Shown: positions 1 to 14,441, counted from the whole stretch's first letter. The stretch is DNA of 63,944 nt, filler included, from Octopus bimaculoides (GCF_001194135.2; 7 parts of 7 records of this genome joined end to end with filler, not necessarily neighbours in it), one strand, 5' to 3'. Notes: generated by a model not told the origin, from the sequence alone. A program made the numbers and translations.

Positions 1-39
<39 letters not shown>

Positions 40-111
40 TATGTATATATATATATGTATATATATATATAGGTACACACACATTCATACGTAAGTGCGT
101 ACGTTCATACA

Positions 112-142
<31 letters not shown>

Positions 143-748
143 GTACATGCTTACATATATGCATACATACAAGCATATAAACACCAATACTTACTGATAC
201 GTTAACTAAGAGAGTGCTCCACCTCATTATTGATCAAAAGTAATGAAAGCGAAATGAAGAACGGAAACAGTGCGAGAGTGAAATCAGGCAAACCGTGCAT
301 GACTATATACGTATATTCATTTTCAAGCGTCTGATCACTCGTTATTTTTTGTTGCTTATCTTACAAAAAAATTACGTAAGTCTTAGTCCATTGAATCCTG
401 AATGCAAGTTAGAACGATTGCTGTGCTGATAATGCATGTTGACCAAGACATTTTCTTGTATTTCCTGGCAAAAATCCTGCCCTCTTCCTTATCGGCATGT
501 CAGCTTTGAAGCTCGATCGTACCTCTTCAAGTGGAGCAAATCTTAACCGCTATTTGGTATTTGTGGTATATCATCTAGAAGTTGAAATAATTTAAAAAAT
601 GTTATGTTGCATGATATTTAGTATACCTGTATTTGTCTACTTTCTTCATATGAATGCAACTGACCACTCTGTATTATTCTTCTTAGCACATTATTTATCT
701 ATGAACGTACCTATATATATATATATAAATATATATATATAAATATAT

Positions 749-988
749 ATATAAATATATAGTTTTAGGGAAAAGTACCAAGTTTCATGAACTCATCGAT
801 GAAAATCCACTATCACATATAGAAAAATTAATAATTAAAAGCACAATCTTTATCTTATGATATTTACTTTGTATTATATTATACTAATTTATTGTACTTT
901 TAATTATTAATTTTTCTATATGTGATAGTGGATTTTCATCGATGAGTTCATGAAACTTGGTTCTTTTCCCTAAAACTATATATTTATA
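749..988. repeat. Foldback element: about 98-bp inverted arms with a 43-bp spacer
   Basis: 749-847 is the reverse complement of 891-988 with two mismatches; it abuts a (TA)n tract on the left. Confidence 0.9.
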
Positions 989-1904
989 AATATTTTAATC
1001 TGTAAAGCTCAATTTAATTTTAATTTTTTATAAATTGATTTTAATTGAGTTTTTACCTGTNNNNNNNNNNNNNNNNNNNNNNNNNNNNNNNNNNNNNNNN
1101 NNNNNNNNNNNNNNNNNNNNNNNNNNNNNNNNNNNNNNNNNNNNNNNNNNNNNNNNNNNNNNNNNNNNNNNNNNNNNNNNNNNNNNNNNNNNNNNNNNNN
1201 NNNNNNNNNNNNNNNNNNNNNNNNNNNNNNNNNNNNNNNNNNNNNNNNNNNNNNNNNNNNNNNNNNNNNNNNNNNNNNNNNNNNNNNNNNNNNNNNNNNN
1301 NNNNNNNNNNNNNNNNNNNNNNNNNNNNNNNNNNNNNNNNNNNNNNNNNNNNNNNNNNNNNNNNNNNNNNNNNNNNNNNNNNNNNNNNNNNNNNNNNNNN
1401 NNNNNNNNCCTCTTCAAGTGGAGCAAATCTTAACCGCTATTTGGTATTTGTGGTATATCATCTAGAAGTTGAAATAATTTAAAAAATGTTATGTTGCATG
1501 ATATTTAGTATACCTGTATTTGTCTACTTTCTTCATATGAATGCAACTGACCACTCTGTATTATTCTTCTTAGCACATTATTTATCTATGAACGTACCTA
1601 TATATATATATATCTCCTTGTTCTTTTAACTATTTCAGTCATTTAGCATTTAACTTCGGCTATGTTGGAGTATTGCCTTGAAGACTTCGACCCCGGGAGG
1701 TATTCTTTGTAAGCCTAGTACTTATCCTATCGGTCTCTTTTGCTGAACAGCTACGTCACGGGGACATAAACATACCAGTATTAGTTGTCAAGCGATGACA
1801 GGAGAGGTCAAATAGAAACACAGACACACACACACTCACAGATACACACACACACACACACACACAAAGACACACACACACGGACACGCACGGACGCACA
1901 CACA

Positions 1905-2010
<106 letters not shown>

Positions 2011-2881
2011 CCTGCGTACCATCCCGGTAGGATACATAATGTAACAACACTCCAATAGCAAAAGGTAAATCCCCTACAGTCATGATATCAATATCAATCA
2101 AACCTGGATCCATTTCCATCGTCGTCTTAAGAGTACAATAACACAGTAATATTCATTATCCTATCACCTCTCTATCATCCTGTGGCACCCTTATCATTCC
2201 AGCAACCCTATCACCACCTCCTTATCGTCACCAAGAATTTTAATCCTCTCATATTCACAAAATAACAATTATGTGAAAGATCAAGTGATACCCAGTTCTC
2301 TTGTCGTGCTCTTCTATCCCTTAGGGACCTCTGCGTGCCACAGGGCCGAAGCTTGTCTCTAGTTTCTTTGATGTTGCTGTCACAAACGTGAGAGTTAGAT
2401 CCATGATAGGGCGGATCGCTGTTTTATCACAAGTAATTCTTTTCGTGTTGGAGGTGCTGAAGTAGATTTTACATGAATGAAACTTGACAGTTTTTAAGTA
2501 TATCCCGCAACTTCACTACGGTGAAATGTACCAATCAACAGTAAGTACTTACAGCTAGGTTTAATCTAATCAGGGATTGACTACGTGATATCTTAGCTTG
2601 CTAAAAGTAGCAACCAGATTGCCCTTAAATCTATCTCTAGTTTCTTTAAAATGGAAGGAGAAAAGACAGAATGTTAGCGGTTAGAGGATACGTCAATATG
2701 TTTATAAGCGTGTGTGTGTGCGTGCGTGTGTGTGTGTGAATCTTGGCTAAGATTATTAGCATTCAACGGCGTATATATTTATGTTGAGTTATTTCACCTT
2801 TGATTGAACCTGGAACCATGTAGTTGGGAAGCATGCTTCTAACTAACACAGCTATGTCTATATATACATACATGCATACAG

Positions 2882-2921
<40 letters not shown>

Positions 2922-3497
2922 TGAGGGTTGAAATGCGGCTAAACAACACAAGAGTTACAAAAACATCAATAACTAACAGCAGACGATCTAATTAGATACC
3001 CTCAATGCTGTTACTTGACATGCTAGAAATCCAGTCGAAATTCCCCAGATTTAAACTCCAGTGATGTAGAAGCATCCTAGATACACACTATAAGAAAAGT
3101 TTCTCCCTCAAACAACACCTTTTCGTCTTAGAACTATGGGATTGTCATAACTCTGAATACGTTTCGATCACAGTTGTGATCATTAAGGACTGAGCTGCAG
3201 CAAAAAAAAAAAAGAAAGAAAAAGATAAAAGAAAAAAATAATTTGTAGTTAGATTTATTTAGACAATGGAAACTGCAAGGGACTTTCATGTGCCTGACCT
3301 GTATGGAAAAAATCAGCTAAATAACCTTCGGATCGCACCCGTCTGTTTGAATGAAGAATGGATGTACGCATTGATTGATGTAGTATGCATACATATAAAT
3401 GCATACATAACTACGTGCATAGATATACATGCATACACACCCACAGACACACAGACACACACGCACACATACAAATATATATATATATATATATATA

Positions 3498-4360
3498 CTA
3501 TTCTGATCAATAAGTATCCGGACTGTTGCCATAGTAATGAAGCTAAAGCATACAGAGTAAAGCTGCTTGGCACAGACTGATCTTGAACTCTGTTGTGCAT
3601 GCGCACTAAATTTTAACGTTCTAGCTCACTTTCGCTGTTTACAGCAGTGCTTAGAAAGAAGGTATGTAGCGTATAGTGGTCGCATTGATCATGACAGAGA
3701 AAGTTGTGCAGAGAATCTGCATCAGATTTTGCCAAAAGCTTGGCGATGCTTGTTCTGAGCTCTACGCAAAGTTTTCAAAAAGTTTTCATCGTCCTCGACA
3801 CAATCAAGGAGATCTTGTGCCACTGATCTTTTTGTGCAACTGATCTTTTGGTCTGCGTCTCATATCCAAATCTTCATTGATGATGGACTGAACTGAACCG
3901 CAACTAATCAACGCATCCTTTGATAACTCGCCGATGGTGATTTGACGATGTCCCCCCACAGCAGCACGCATACCTGCGATGTTTTTCTCAGTTCTGCTGA
4001 TTGCGGTCTCCCAGAACGTTCGTCACTTTCAAGATTTTTTCAGCCATCTTGGAAACATCCGAACCACTCATACACTAGTGTACGTTTCATACACTCCTCC
4101 CCATATACTTTCTGCAACTTTGCGTAGGCCTCTGAGCAGGTATCGCCATGACAGCTTTCTTCGTCATGGTCAATGCGACGGTCACACAATACACACCTTC
4201 CTTCCAGCACTGTTGTAAACAGTGGAAGTGAGCTATAACGTTGAAACTTAGTGCACACATGTAGCACAGTTCAAGGTCAATTTTTGCTAAGCGGCTTTAC
4301 TCTGCGTGCTTTAGCTTCGTTATTATGGCAACAGCCCGGATACTTATTGATCAAACCACG
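3498..4360. mobile_element. Mariner-like element built from two inverted 5' ends
   Basis: TA-flanked arms (tgatcaataagtatccgg / ccggatacttattgatca) with about 250 bp of inverted homology; the minus arm encodes mariner HTH sequence GDTCSEAYAKLQKVYGEECMKRTLVYEWF..FQDG. Confidence 0.8.
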
Positions 4361-4494
4361 TNNNNNNNNNNNNNNNNNNNNNNNNNNNNNNNNNNNNNNN
4401 NNNNNNNNNNNNNNNNNNNNNNNNNNNNNNNNNNNNNNNNNNNNNNNNNTATATATATACACAAACACGCATAAATATGTATGTGTGTGTGTTG

Positions 4495-4531
<37 letters not shown>

Positions 4532-5828
4532 CGTGTGTGTGTGTGTGTGTATTTGTATTTGTCACCTAATCACTGCTTGACAACCGGGTCTGGTGTGTTT
4601 ACATCTCATAACTTAGCGGTTCGGCAAAGACAACGATAGAATAAATACTAGGCTTAAAAACTTAGTCTTGGAAGTCGATTTGTTCGACTAGAACCATCAA
4701 AATGGCGCTTCAGCATGGCCGCAGTCAAATTAGTTAATAAAAATTAAAAGAATACATACATGAATACATACCTGTATGTATGTATGTATGTATGTATGTA
4801 TGCATGCATGTATGCATGTATGCATATGGATATGATTACATACTGGATATATAAATGAATATAAGCATTACTGTTTCATGTTTCAATGATACATTCTAAT
4901 CAAACTATAGACATCAATATCCTAAATTCGATGCAAAATTATATCTACCATATATGGACATAAAAAAAAGAACAACCTTATATGAACAATCAGTGTTACA
5001 CTTCTTTATTTTTATTGTATCATTTCTTAAAAATCTACCAAAAGACACATAAAAAAAAACACAATAGTGATATCATTTCATTCCAGGTAACTTGAACTTA
5101 GTAAATTCCAGGTGCTTTAGTCGTAATAATACTACACGCAGTCAGTTCATCTTCGTTTGAAACGTGATAAACAAGATAAAAAATATGTAACGTAAACGTG
5201 TCAATACTCTGTAATATTTCCTCTCTGTTTTCTTTTTGTTCGTTGCTGTTGTTGTTTTTGTTATTGTGTTGTATTTTCTGTGTATGTGCGTGGATGTCTA
5301 TGTTCACAAGTGTGTATATGTGAGTGTGTGTTTGGTTTTTGAAAGGCATTTTTCTGACCAGCTAATGGGTTTATGCTTTATGGCCTATGTTAAGGTAAAC
5401 AAGTACTTTGCATTAATCCTGTAACTATGGTTAACAAACATCTTAAGGTCACTGTTTGGTGTTTACTTTATCATTATTATTTTTTTACTATTTACTTCAT
5501 TTTCTTTCTTTCTTTCTTTCTTCTTTCTCAATAGCTCCCCGCCTTTCTTTCATTCTTTTACGCTTTTCTTTCTTTGTTTGTTTACTTCTCTTCTTTCTCC
5601 ACGCATTTGCTTTCACAGATTGTGAACTGGTTTCTCTTGTCTTCTTTTTAACTAATAAGAAACATTTCCTAACTCATTCCGTTGTTGTGACATCAATGAA
5701 GACTTTGATTCCATTTAGAGATTACAAGGAGGACAGAACAGGAAAGGGTTTTCCCATGGCCGTATTCTCATAATCCCCTGGGAAACACATGTTAATTACA
5801 CCTCCACCATTTCGTTCAAAAGTGAAAT

Positions 5829-5864
<36 letters not shown>

Positions 5865-8635
5865 TTATACTTGGAGTACGTCGTTGAATGTTAATAATCT
5901 TAGCCAAGATTCTCAATGTTGCTTTGGGATTATGAGCTTAGCCAAGTGCTACAAAGTGTTTCTTTCTTTTGATTAAGGGCCTAGAAAATATCTTAAGGGT
6001 GATAATGAAGGATTTGGTTCCTGCCTATTCATTTTACCAATATGTAGTTTATGAATGTCGAATTCACTAATGCCATTAAAGATGTGAAGTGCTAAAAGGA
6101 TAGACATATCATCTCCGAACGGCTCCCCGGGTCTCTTGTCCAATTCTCCTTTATGTTCACCTTCTCCATTTTATTCCATACCAATTGAGATTTATTTCTC
6201 GGTACGTCCCCCCACCAAGCCTGGTCGTAAATTTAATTTTCGTATCTGGGATTGACGAAATAGGATGTGATTGAGATTAAAGACAAGAATCCATTTCTAT
6301 CTTTCTTATGGAACATACAGGCGATGATAAGATAGACTTCAAGGTCTTTCTTTTTGTTGCGAAAGGAAAATACCTACATTGAAGAATCACCGTTAGTTTT
6401 GTATGTGCTTGTGTGGGGGGTCTTCTTTCTTGTTGCATCTGCAGAGTAGTGAACAACAAATTGCTGGATCCGTAACATTCCTTTATTGTCCCCTTCCTTC
6501 ACCTAACCAATTCCAATGAAGGAAATGGGGTAGATAAAATTGCTCCTCGTATAGTATTTGATCTGAAAGAATGAAGAATGAAAAAAATTTAATTTTGGCA
6601 TGATTTGAACTCAGAAGTTAGAGAGAAATATTGCAAGGCATTTTGCCCGAAATGCTAACGAATCTAAAACTTGTCACATTGATAACTCCATTAATCAGTT
6701 CAGCTGAACTTTACTTCTCAGTAGATGCGAATGGTAAGGATATTAATGGCATTTCTTGGTTGGTGGCACTTTTTGGCGTTGTGTTTCTTGTTGATCACCA
6801 AGAAACACAGAAAGTTGAACCATCATATCCACGGGATGTATGTCAAAGTATTCCGCTTACATAATTGCGAAACCTAGAATTTCAAGAAACTATCTAGATT
6901 ACGCGACCCAAACTTTTATGGAAAAAAAAAAAAAACAATTCGTTTTCTCTTTCCCACAAGCAACACCAACATACTAACTAAGCCCCATAACATCAGTCAC
7001 GATAACTGAGTCTCGTCAGAGGCAGTTATAACCTGCTCAGCATTTAAGGTAATATGCTATGTATCACTTATCTTTCTTGGTCTATGTTTGATCTGATATT
7101 CCAAGCATGTACCAGTGTAATAGGAACAATCCCTTCCAAATTCCCTTCTTTCCAGAAGTGCTGATGAATATATATTCCAAGTAAGAGAATATGTTTTGCA
7201 TAAAATATTCTACCCAATGATACTGTAACTTAGATAGTGCGGCAGTGAGAATGAAACATAGCTAAAATATTTTCCACCCCATTTTTGAAAATAATTAGAG
7301 ACTACCCCTTTTCAGGTCATATTCATAGATTATCTACTCCAACTGTTAGGAAGCCTAGTTCAGTTTTCATTCTCATTAAAATTTAGTCTTAAACAAAACC
7401 ATAGGAACTTATACAGGGACCTTCAGTCTGTATTACCCCTGATGATAAAATATACTTCATCAGATGATCAGTCGTAAATTCCCTAACTCCGGTTAAGTGT
7501 TTCTCCAGTCAATAGCTCGATTACGTTTCATTTCACATGCAACGTCTCCATTACTGAGACGTCATTAAAGTTGCGGTGACGTCATCTATGTAAGATGACA
7601 GGTTGGTTACATGTCCCAAATCAATAAAGTTTCCTTCTAAAAATTGCCACGGTCATCAAAGTTGTAGACGTAAGTCACAATCTGTGTCTAAAACAGAATT
7701 GTTATCATCTGCCTTAATACCTGTCTCCCAAATATCTGATGGTGGACTTTGTCAAAGGTTTTATATTGATGTCAATGAATTGTAATAATCATTCTAATTT
7801 TTGCACAAGACTAATAATTTTGAGGTAAAAAGGTAAGTCGATTGACTCAGTGATCGAGTAGTGCGTATTTTTATTGGCCTAAAATGATAAAAGGCAACGT
7901 CGACCTCGGCGGAATTTGAACTCTGAACTGAATGAACCGGAAGAAATGCTGTCGGGTTCGTGTTTGTGTTAAAGTATATTTAAAGGCGGTCGAGTTGTTT
8001 CGGATCTTTACATTCAGAGTTCAAATTCCGTTAAGATAAACGTTGCTTTTCATCCTTTCAGAGTTGATAAGATAAAGTACCAATCAGTTACTGGAATCGA
8101 AATAATAGACTAACATCACCACTTCCCTTAAATATCTGGACCCTGTGTCATAAATTTAGAGAGGAAGAATTAGAAATTATTAAAAATCAACACAACAGCG
8201 GTGGATTAATTGAAGCGTTAGAACGTAAAAGAAAAAAAAAATGTGTTGCGGTATGTATTTCAGATCTTTAAGATTTGAAAACTTACCGAGGAAGAATTTG
8301 CCCTTCATCCTTTTCAGATCGATAACATAACGTACAGGTCAAGTATGGGATCGCTATAATCGAGAACCTTTCTCGCCAAATTGGTGGCTTTTTGCCTATA
8401 ACTTTTACAAGCTTAAGTCAGTTATGGTGGGACACTGATTTGAAGGGTTTTCGTCGAACAAATTCACTCCAGTAAATATCTTTTAATTCTGGTACTTATT
8501 CTATCGATCTTTTGCAGAACAGCTATGTTACGGGGAAGTAAACAAACCAACACCGGTAGTCAAGCGATGGGGAGAAGACACGCACATACACGCACACACG
8601 CGCACACACAAGCAGACGCGAGCACACACACATAA

Positions 8636-8666
<31 letters not shown>

Positions 8667-9804
8667 NNNNNNNNNNNNNNNNNNNNNNNNNNNNNNNNNN
8701 NNNNNNNNNNTTAATTAATTAANNNNNNNNNNNNNNNNNNNNNNNNNNNNNNNNNNNNNNNNNNNNACTTGCTCAAGGTGCCAAGCTGTGAGGCTGAGGC
8801 TGGAACCATGTGGTTGGGAAGCAAGCTTCTTACCACACAGTCACTCCTGTGCCTATACTTTAGAAACATTTAATTAATCGTTAATTCTGTGAAAATACAA
8901 GTTTTTGCATCTGTTCTAAGAAACAAGGCAGCAAATATAGAAACTAAATATCTTTTGATATGGAATAAAGGTGGAACAGAACTAGAATCTTTAAATGACT
9001 TTGTGTGTTACTAGACCACAGCGGTTGAACATTTAAGATACACTTAAATACGCTAAGGGCAAAAATTGGTACCGAAAATAATATCCCACATCATCATCAT
9101 CATCATCATTATCATCATCATCATCATTATCATCATCACCATTATTGTTGTCACCACCATTACCACCACTACTAGCACCAACATCGTTTTATGATTACTC
9201 TCTGTGCTGGCATGGGTTGGATGAGTCAGGGCAGTCAGATTCAGCACATATTCATGGATGCTGCTCATCTAAATAAGTCAGAGACCTACTGCATGTTCAT
9301 GGTTTTCATTTTTGGCATGATATCTACAGCTGGATGTACTTCCTAGCACCAACCACTTTACAGTATGTACTGGGTGTCCCCTCCAATCCTTTCCTTTTTT
9401 TGTGATACCAATATTAGAGAGGTGTCATATCTTTCATGAAACTAAATGATCCTTTCAATCTTTTTTGCAAGCCCAGCACTACAGAGGGAGCCATGTCCAC
9501 AACACAGCTAAAGAAACCTCTTCATCCTGTATCTGCTTTCTCACATATTTCTTTACAGAGTGAGGGGCACGAAGGGCACATAAGTAGTTACATGAATGAC
9601 ATAATTTCTCAGTAGATTTCAAGTCCTCAGACATTCTAGCTAACAGCATTGATTCTATGTTTCTTGACTGCAAAATATGTATGTCAAGTATGGCTTTTAG
9701 CTCTTCATATTGGAGATCTCTGGACACTCTTCTCAATGCAACTTGTCAATATGTGACTGGTTGTCTCAGATACCCTAATATTAATAATCTGCCCTTACAT
9801 CCTT

Positions 9805-10009
9805 TTATTCTTTTATTTGTTTCAGTCATTCGACTGCGGCCATGCTGAAGCACCGCCTTTAGTCGAGCAAATCGACCCCAGGACTTATTCTTTGTAAGCC
9901 TAGTACTTAATCTATCAGCCTCTCTTGCTGAACCACTAAGTGACGGGGACATAAACACACCAGCATCGGTTGTCAAGCGATGTTGGGGGAGACAAACACA
10001 GACACACAA

Positions 10010-10041
<32 letters not shown>

Positions 10042-10210
10042 TTATACAACGGGCTTCTTTCAGTTTCCATCTACCAAATCCACTCACAAGGCTTTGGTTG
10101 GCCCGAGGCTACAGTAGAAGACACTTACCCAAGGTGCCACGCAGTAGGACTGAACCTGGAACCATGTAGTCAGTAAGCAAGCTACTTACCACACAGTCAC
10201 TCCTGCACCT
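9805..10210 (-). mobile_element. tRNA-derived SINE family A, near full length
   Basis: tRNA-like head (gtggtaag..ggttcagtc), ccttgggtaagtgtctt, internal CA/TA tract, tail gatt(a)agtactaggc..gctcgactaaaggcggtgc..gactgaaac; repeated many times in the window. Confidence 0.9.
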
Positions 10211-10287
10211 ATATTACAGTTGAATATTTAATTGCTATTGTTTATAGCTTATAAGGCAGAATAGTATTTTGTCAATTGTTTGACATA

Positions 10288-10529
10288 CACGGTGGCCCAA
10301 AAGTAGGCTTACATTTATTGAACTATCTCTTTCACATTCATATATTAACAGTTTAGATCTTAATTATATAAAAAAAAAAATAATAAAACCATTATTATAT
10401 GCTAATTTAGTTAATTTTGTTAAACTCCCTTTTCAGTTTGTAAGATAGAAATTTAAATGTAATAAAATATTTTAAAAGAAATCTAAAGTGCCTACGTGAT
10501 AACTGTAAACCTACTTTTGGGCCACCCTG
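10288..10529. mobile_element. Tc1/mariner-type MITE
   Basis: TIRs CACGGTGGCCCAAAAGTAGG / CCTACTTTTGGGCCACCCTG with TA target duplications. Confidence 0.9.
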
Positions 10530-11694
10530 TATAACTTAAAGTACAGTTTTCATATTGTATATTATGTAAATATGACTGTTTTAAAATAGGTTTTTGTAGT
10601 ATAAAATCATTGAAGACTCTCCGAGGGAGGTTGACATCAAAATAGTTGAATGTTAACATTCATTCTGGTATTTTTCATAAATTTGCAAACCTGTTCGCCC
10701 TCTATGGAGAATATGATTTTAGTAAAAGTGTTCAAGTAACAATATAAAGAAATTAAGAATAAAAAACAAAAATAAAATTTCAGTCCCCATCTGAAATTGA
10801 ACTTACATTCTTGGTTGTTGTCAAGGTTAATAAGCCACCACTACTCACTGACTTGATTCTACTGACATATTCTGGTAAATACTCTGCTTCATTAAAACTC
10901 TGATCTTAGTTGCTCTGACAGTGTTCAATTACTTATAAATGTCATGCTATCAAAACATTTCCACTCATCATTTCTCTATTAACTGTGGCAGAGGTGAGGT
11001 GAGGGTGCAGTGGGATGGGAAATGGATCCCTATCCACTTAGCCCCCCCCCTACCCTGCGCCAACTTTTTTTTTTTTTTTTTATTATAATTATCATTATTT
11101 TTTCAGTGATCAAGGGGTGAGCTGAAAGAACATGGTGGGAATCTTAGCTTATGTCGACTTCTCTTATTCTTCTCCTCATCCACACACTGATGCAGTAATG
11201 CTTTAAATAGGTTTATCAATTAAAAAAAATGAATAATTAAGAAAAATGTGCTTTTCATTAGTAAATGTTTTCTCCTTCAGTTGTTTCCAATTTAATTTAA
11301 TTTGACTCATAAACCACTAAAACCTAAGTCTAATCCCAAATTAACTAGCAAATAAAACTTTAAAATAATTTCTAATGCGTAAATATGTCTTTGAATTGTT
11401 AATATAGGGTACAAGCAAGAACGAAGGAACATACAGTTAAATGCCATTCGAAATAATGTGGAAACCATTTTTTTATACACCATCTTAGCTTGGTTGTCTT
11501 ATTTAAAATATTATGTCATCAGAGTTATTTTTGGGGAATTTTTTTGCACTGACTTGAAAATTTTGGTCTAAACAATAAATACAAATAGAAATTCATCCAA
11601 TTCCTAGCAGAACAGATGTTAAAATAATGCACAAACATGTACATATTTATGTTTATACATAAAAGTAAATGCCTGAGATGAATTGTTATAGTAA

Positions 11695-12181
11695 ATATCC
11701 TTTTCTACTCTAGGCACAAGGGTCGAAATTTTTGGGGAGAGGGCCAGTTGATTAGATCGACCCCAGTACACAACTGGTACTTAATTTATCGATCCCGAAA
11801 GGATGAAAGGCAAAGTCAACCTTGGCAGAATTTGAACTCAGACTGTAATGACAGATGAAATATTGCTAAGCATTTCGCCCGGTGTGCTAACATTTCTTAT
11901 TTCTTTATTGCCCACAGGGGGCTAAACATAGAGGGAACAAACAAGGACAGACAAAGGGATTAAGTCGATTACATCGACCCCAGTGTNNNNNNNNNNGACA
12001 GACAAAGGGATTAAGTCGATTACATCGACCCCAGTGTATAACTGGTACTTAATTTATCAACCCCGAAAGGATGAAAGGCAAAGTCGACCTCGGCGGAATT
12101 TGAACTCAGAATGTAAAACAGACGAAATACTGCTAAGTATTTTGCCCGGGGTGCTAACGTTTCTGCCAGCTCGCCGCCTTT
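11695..12181 (-). mobile_element. Two adjacent SINE family B copies (Meta/Deu-like core)
   Basis: Core gtcgactttgcctttcatcctttcggggt(c/t)gataaattaagtacc and head aaggcggcgagctggcagaa; the core assignment is from recall. Confidence 0.85.
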
Positions 12182-12289
12182 GTTGTAGCAAATATTATGA
12201 TTGTTTGGGCTGTTAATCTCATCTTCAGGAATGGTAACAGTTGTTACCTCTGTAACTATTACTGTAACCTCTGTAACTATTACTGTAAC

Positions 12290-12600
12290 CTCTGGCTGCT
12301 CAGCCTTGGACCGTTACCTCAAAATTGGAAAGAAGTTTGGATGGAGCCTACACTTGTGCGTTAAGAGTGGCTCTGAATGTCACCTGGAGAGATTGTTATC
12401 TGATCAATGAGCGATTGTATGGAAACCTTCGTCCATTATGAAACATTATCAAAGAGCATAGAGTCAGATTTGTAGGGCATTGCTGGAGCGCTAAAGACGA
12501 AATTGGTAGGGAAGTTCTTTTACGGGAACCTACACAAGGGAGAGTTAACAGGGGACGACAAGTGAAAACCAATATCAAGCAGATTTTTGCAATCCCTTTA
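12290..12600 (+). mobile_element. RTE/RTEX-like LINE 3' remnant
   Basis: LERSLDGAYTCALRVALNVTWRD..LYGNL..RVRFVGHCW..EPTQGRVNRGR. Confidence 0.8.
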
Positions 12601-13536
12601 ACTTGCTGAATATGATGAACTATAGAATTAGATGGGGACAGGGAGTCAGGGGAATTATTAATATTACTTAGCCCTCAATACCTGGTCCTTAGTTACCATT
12701 AACAGTGTTTACTCTGTTGTAAGCATACAAGCTAGATCTCTGGTTTGAGGACACTGCCTTCCATCCTTCCCAGCCTCCCTTCTTTCCACAACCCTTGGAG
12801 TCTCTATAATGGGTCATGAGTCTTGCCCTTCCTTCTTGTGGTTTCAATTTCTGGGCTGGGCAACATGTAGTGTTCTTGAACAAATGACTTCATTTCACGT
12901 TGCTCCTGTCCACTCAGCTGGCAAAAGTGAGTAACCCTGAAATGGAATTGCATCCTATCCAGGGGGTTAATATATGCACCATGGAAACAGGGGAACTGAC
13001 CCTACGAATCTATATGACCCAGGAAGGATCTTTACTACTCTGTCTTTAACTTCTTTCCTTCCTGGCCAAGTGATTGAAAACATCATTATTATCCTCATCA
13101 CCATCATCATGTCTGCTTTTCCATGATGGCATGGATAGATAGGATGGGATATCACAGTCAGGGATGGTTCTTTTTCAGAGATACTGTCCCTTTTTAGATG
13201 GGTTGAAAATGTGTGTCCTGTTATGTGGTGGGTGGCATATCTGGAGTAATTAGGGGTGTATAAAAATGTTAAATGTCTGCTAATTATCGTAGGAATTCCC
13301 TTGGAATGTCAGCCTGTCTGATCATTGATAGTTAGAATAAGAAGATTTTAAAAGAATCTTACTACTTGTAAGATCCTTATCATGTCTTTTGGAACCTTGC
13401 TACAGATTGCGCTTAGCATTTTAGATTCCTAATTAACCATTATTCCATCTCATTTAAGGAACCCTTCCCTACATCAAAGATAACTAGAAGGGGAAACAAT
13501 AATAAATGGAAGGGGGATGGGGGGAGTGAAAGCCAG

Positions 13537-13587
<51 letters not shown>

Positions 13588-13921
13588 NNNNNNNNNNNNN
13601 NNNNNNNNNNNNNNNNNNNNNNNNNNNNNNNNNNNNNNNNNNNNNNNNNNNNNNNNNNNNNNNNNNNNNNNNNNNNNNNNNNNNNNNNNNNNNNNNNNNN
13701 NNNNNNNNNNNNNNNNNNNNNNNNNNNNNNNNNNNNNNNNNNNNNNNNNNNNNNNNNNNNNNNNNNNNNNNNNNNNNNNNNNNNNNNNNNNNNNNNNNNN
13801 NNNNNNNNNNNNNNNNNNNNNNNNNNNNNNNNNNNNNNNNNNNNNNNNNNNNNNNNNCTTCATAATAATCTTCATTTTGTTTTATTTAAGAGGACTGTAC
13901 CTCAAATTGATTTACAACTAC

Positions 13922-14120
13922 ATGTGTAGTAGTGGTAGTAGTGGTAGTGGTAGTAGTGGTGGTGGTGGTAGTGGTGGTAGTAGTAGTAGTAGTCGTGGTA
14001 GTAGTGGTGGTGGTGGTAGTGGTGGTAGTAGTAGTAGTAGTCGTGGTAGTTGTGGTGGTGGTGGTAGTAGTAGTAGTAGAAATAATAGTACTCTGCATCA
14101 TAGTAGTGGTGGTGGTGGTG
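13922..14120. repeat. Compound (TAG/TGG)n microsatellite with a higher-order repeat
   Basis: agtagtggtggtggtggtagtggtggtagtagtagtagtagtcgtggt occurs twice in tandem. It is one of many microsatellites (CA, TA, TATG, TCTA, AG, CAT, ACT, GACA) across the window. Confidence 0.9.
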
Positions 14121-14400
14121 CCATTGATACATCCTTGTTGTTTTAGTGCCTACATTCCTGGTCAGCTGAGTTTTGTTGAATCAGAATTTCTTCCCCACCA
14201 CCGTTGCACTTCTTGTCACCAACCATATTTTGTTCCTGAGCAATGGTACGGCTGTGTGGTAAGAAGTTTGCTTTCCAACCACATGGCTCTGGGTTCAGTC
14301 TCACTGCATGATACATTGGGCAAATGTCTTCTACTACAGCCTCGGGCTGACCAAAGCCTTGTGAGTGGATTTGGTAGACAGAAACTGAAAGAAGCCCGTC

Positions 14401-14441
<41 letters not shown>

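Noticed and set aside
7420-7790. RT-like words KTFDKVHH and SYIDDV on the minus strand
   Set aside because: The spacing (about 50 codons) is too short for a LINE RT and there are no supporting motifs; unresolved.
8711-8722. TTAATTAATTAA recurring at 8711, 18293, 42324, 48981, 55040 and 62732
   Set aside because: Always centred in 44 N + 12 + 44 N = 100 bp and contains stop codons in all six frames. It is an artificial scaffolding spacer, and adjacency across these joins is unproven.
9479-9736. 85-aa ORF (RRVSRDLQYEELK..)
   Set aside because: No recognisable family, no clear splice sites, and an equally plausible frame exists on the opposite strand.
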